Assembly: GCF_006345805.1 (NCBI RefSeq)
Contig: NC_043021.1
Location: forward strand, 7,440,001 to 7,504,000
Reading direction: 5' to 3'
DNA length: 64,000 bases
Origin: Octopus sinensis
Lineage: Eukaryota
The first letter of the stretch is position 1; each line of letters opens with the position of its first letter. The notes under the pieces were generated by a model. That model made no database searches. It was not told the origin of the DNA and saw only the letters and a program-made list of their open reading frames with translations. The position numbers and the translations under genes are program-made. Positions 63,900-64,000 of the stretch are shown piece after piece.

Positions 63900-64000
63900 T
63901 TATGTACTTTATTTACATTCGATGGATATTTGTCCTCATCTTGTTTGTTGTCAACCCAATGTTTTGGCTGATATACCCACCACCTTCTTCAGGTGTCTTG
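63900..64000 (-). mobile_element. Penelope-like terminal fragment with decayed hammerhead-like motif
   Basis: Minus strand: ACAC-CTGAAGA-A-GG..CAGCC-AAAA-CAT-T-GGGT. Confidence 0.55.

Overview
AT-rich, microsatellite- and SINE-dense eukaryotic genomic DNA. The repeat families suggest an octopus/coleoid cephalopod; this is an inference, not a database result. About 52 kb of the window holds the 3' half of a kinesin-3 gene (unc-104/KIF1A/KIF1B type) on the minus strand. I traced 18 coding exons from about 62441 to the TGA at 10786, with GT-AG boundaries and matching phases at every junction; only the first exon's acceptor is ambiguous. They encode the stalk (including the [20 protein letters not shown] blocks) and the C-terminal PH domain. 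The motor and FHA domains must lie beyond the right edge. Introns contain tRNA/CORE-type SINEs, RTE-like 3' ends, piggyBac (TTAA), hAT and Tigger-type non-autonomous transposons, Helitron-like ends, Penelope-like fragments with hammerhead-like motifs, minisatellites and microsatellites. Best leads: a 60-nt frame-preserving cassette exon absent from the KIF1A/Unc-104 sequences I recall; a 48-codon open frame directly after the stop codon; several long near-perfect intronic hairpins (potential ADAR substrates); and a Penelope-like inverted end containing a U3-A8 variant hammerhead motif. No prokaryotic features, CRISPR arrays or true tRNA/rRNA genes were found. Nearly all ORFs in the supplied track are microsatellite or repeat artefacts.
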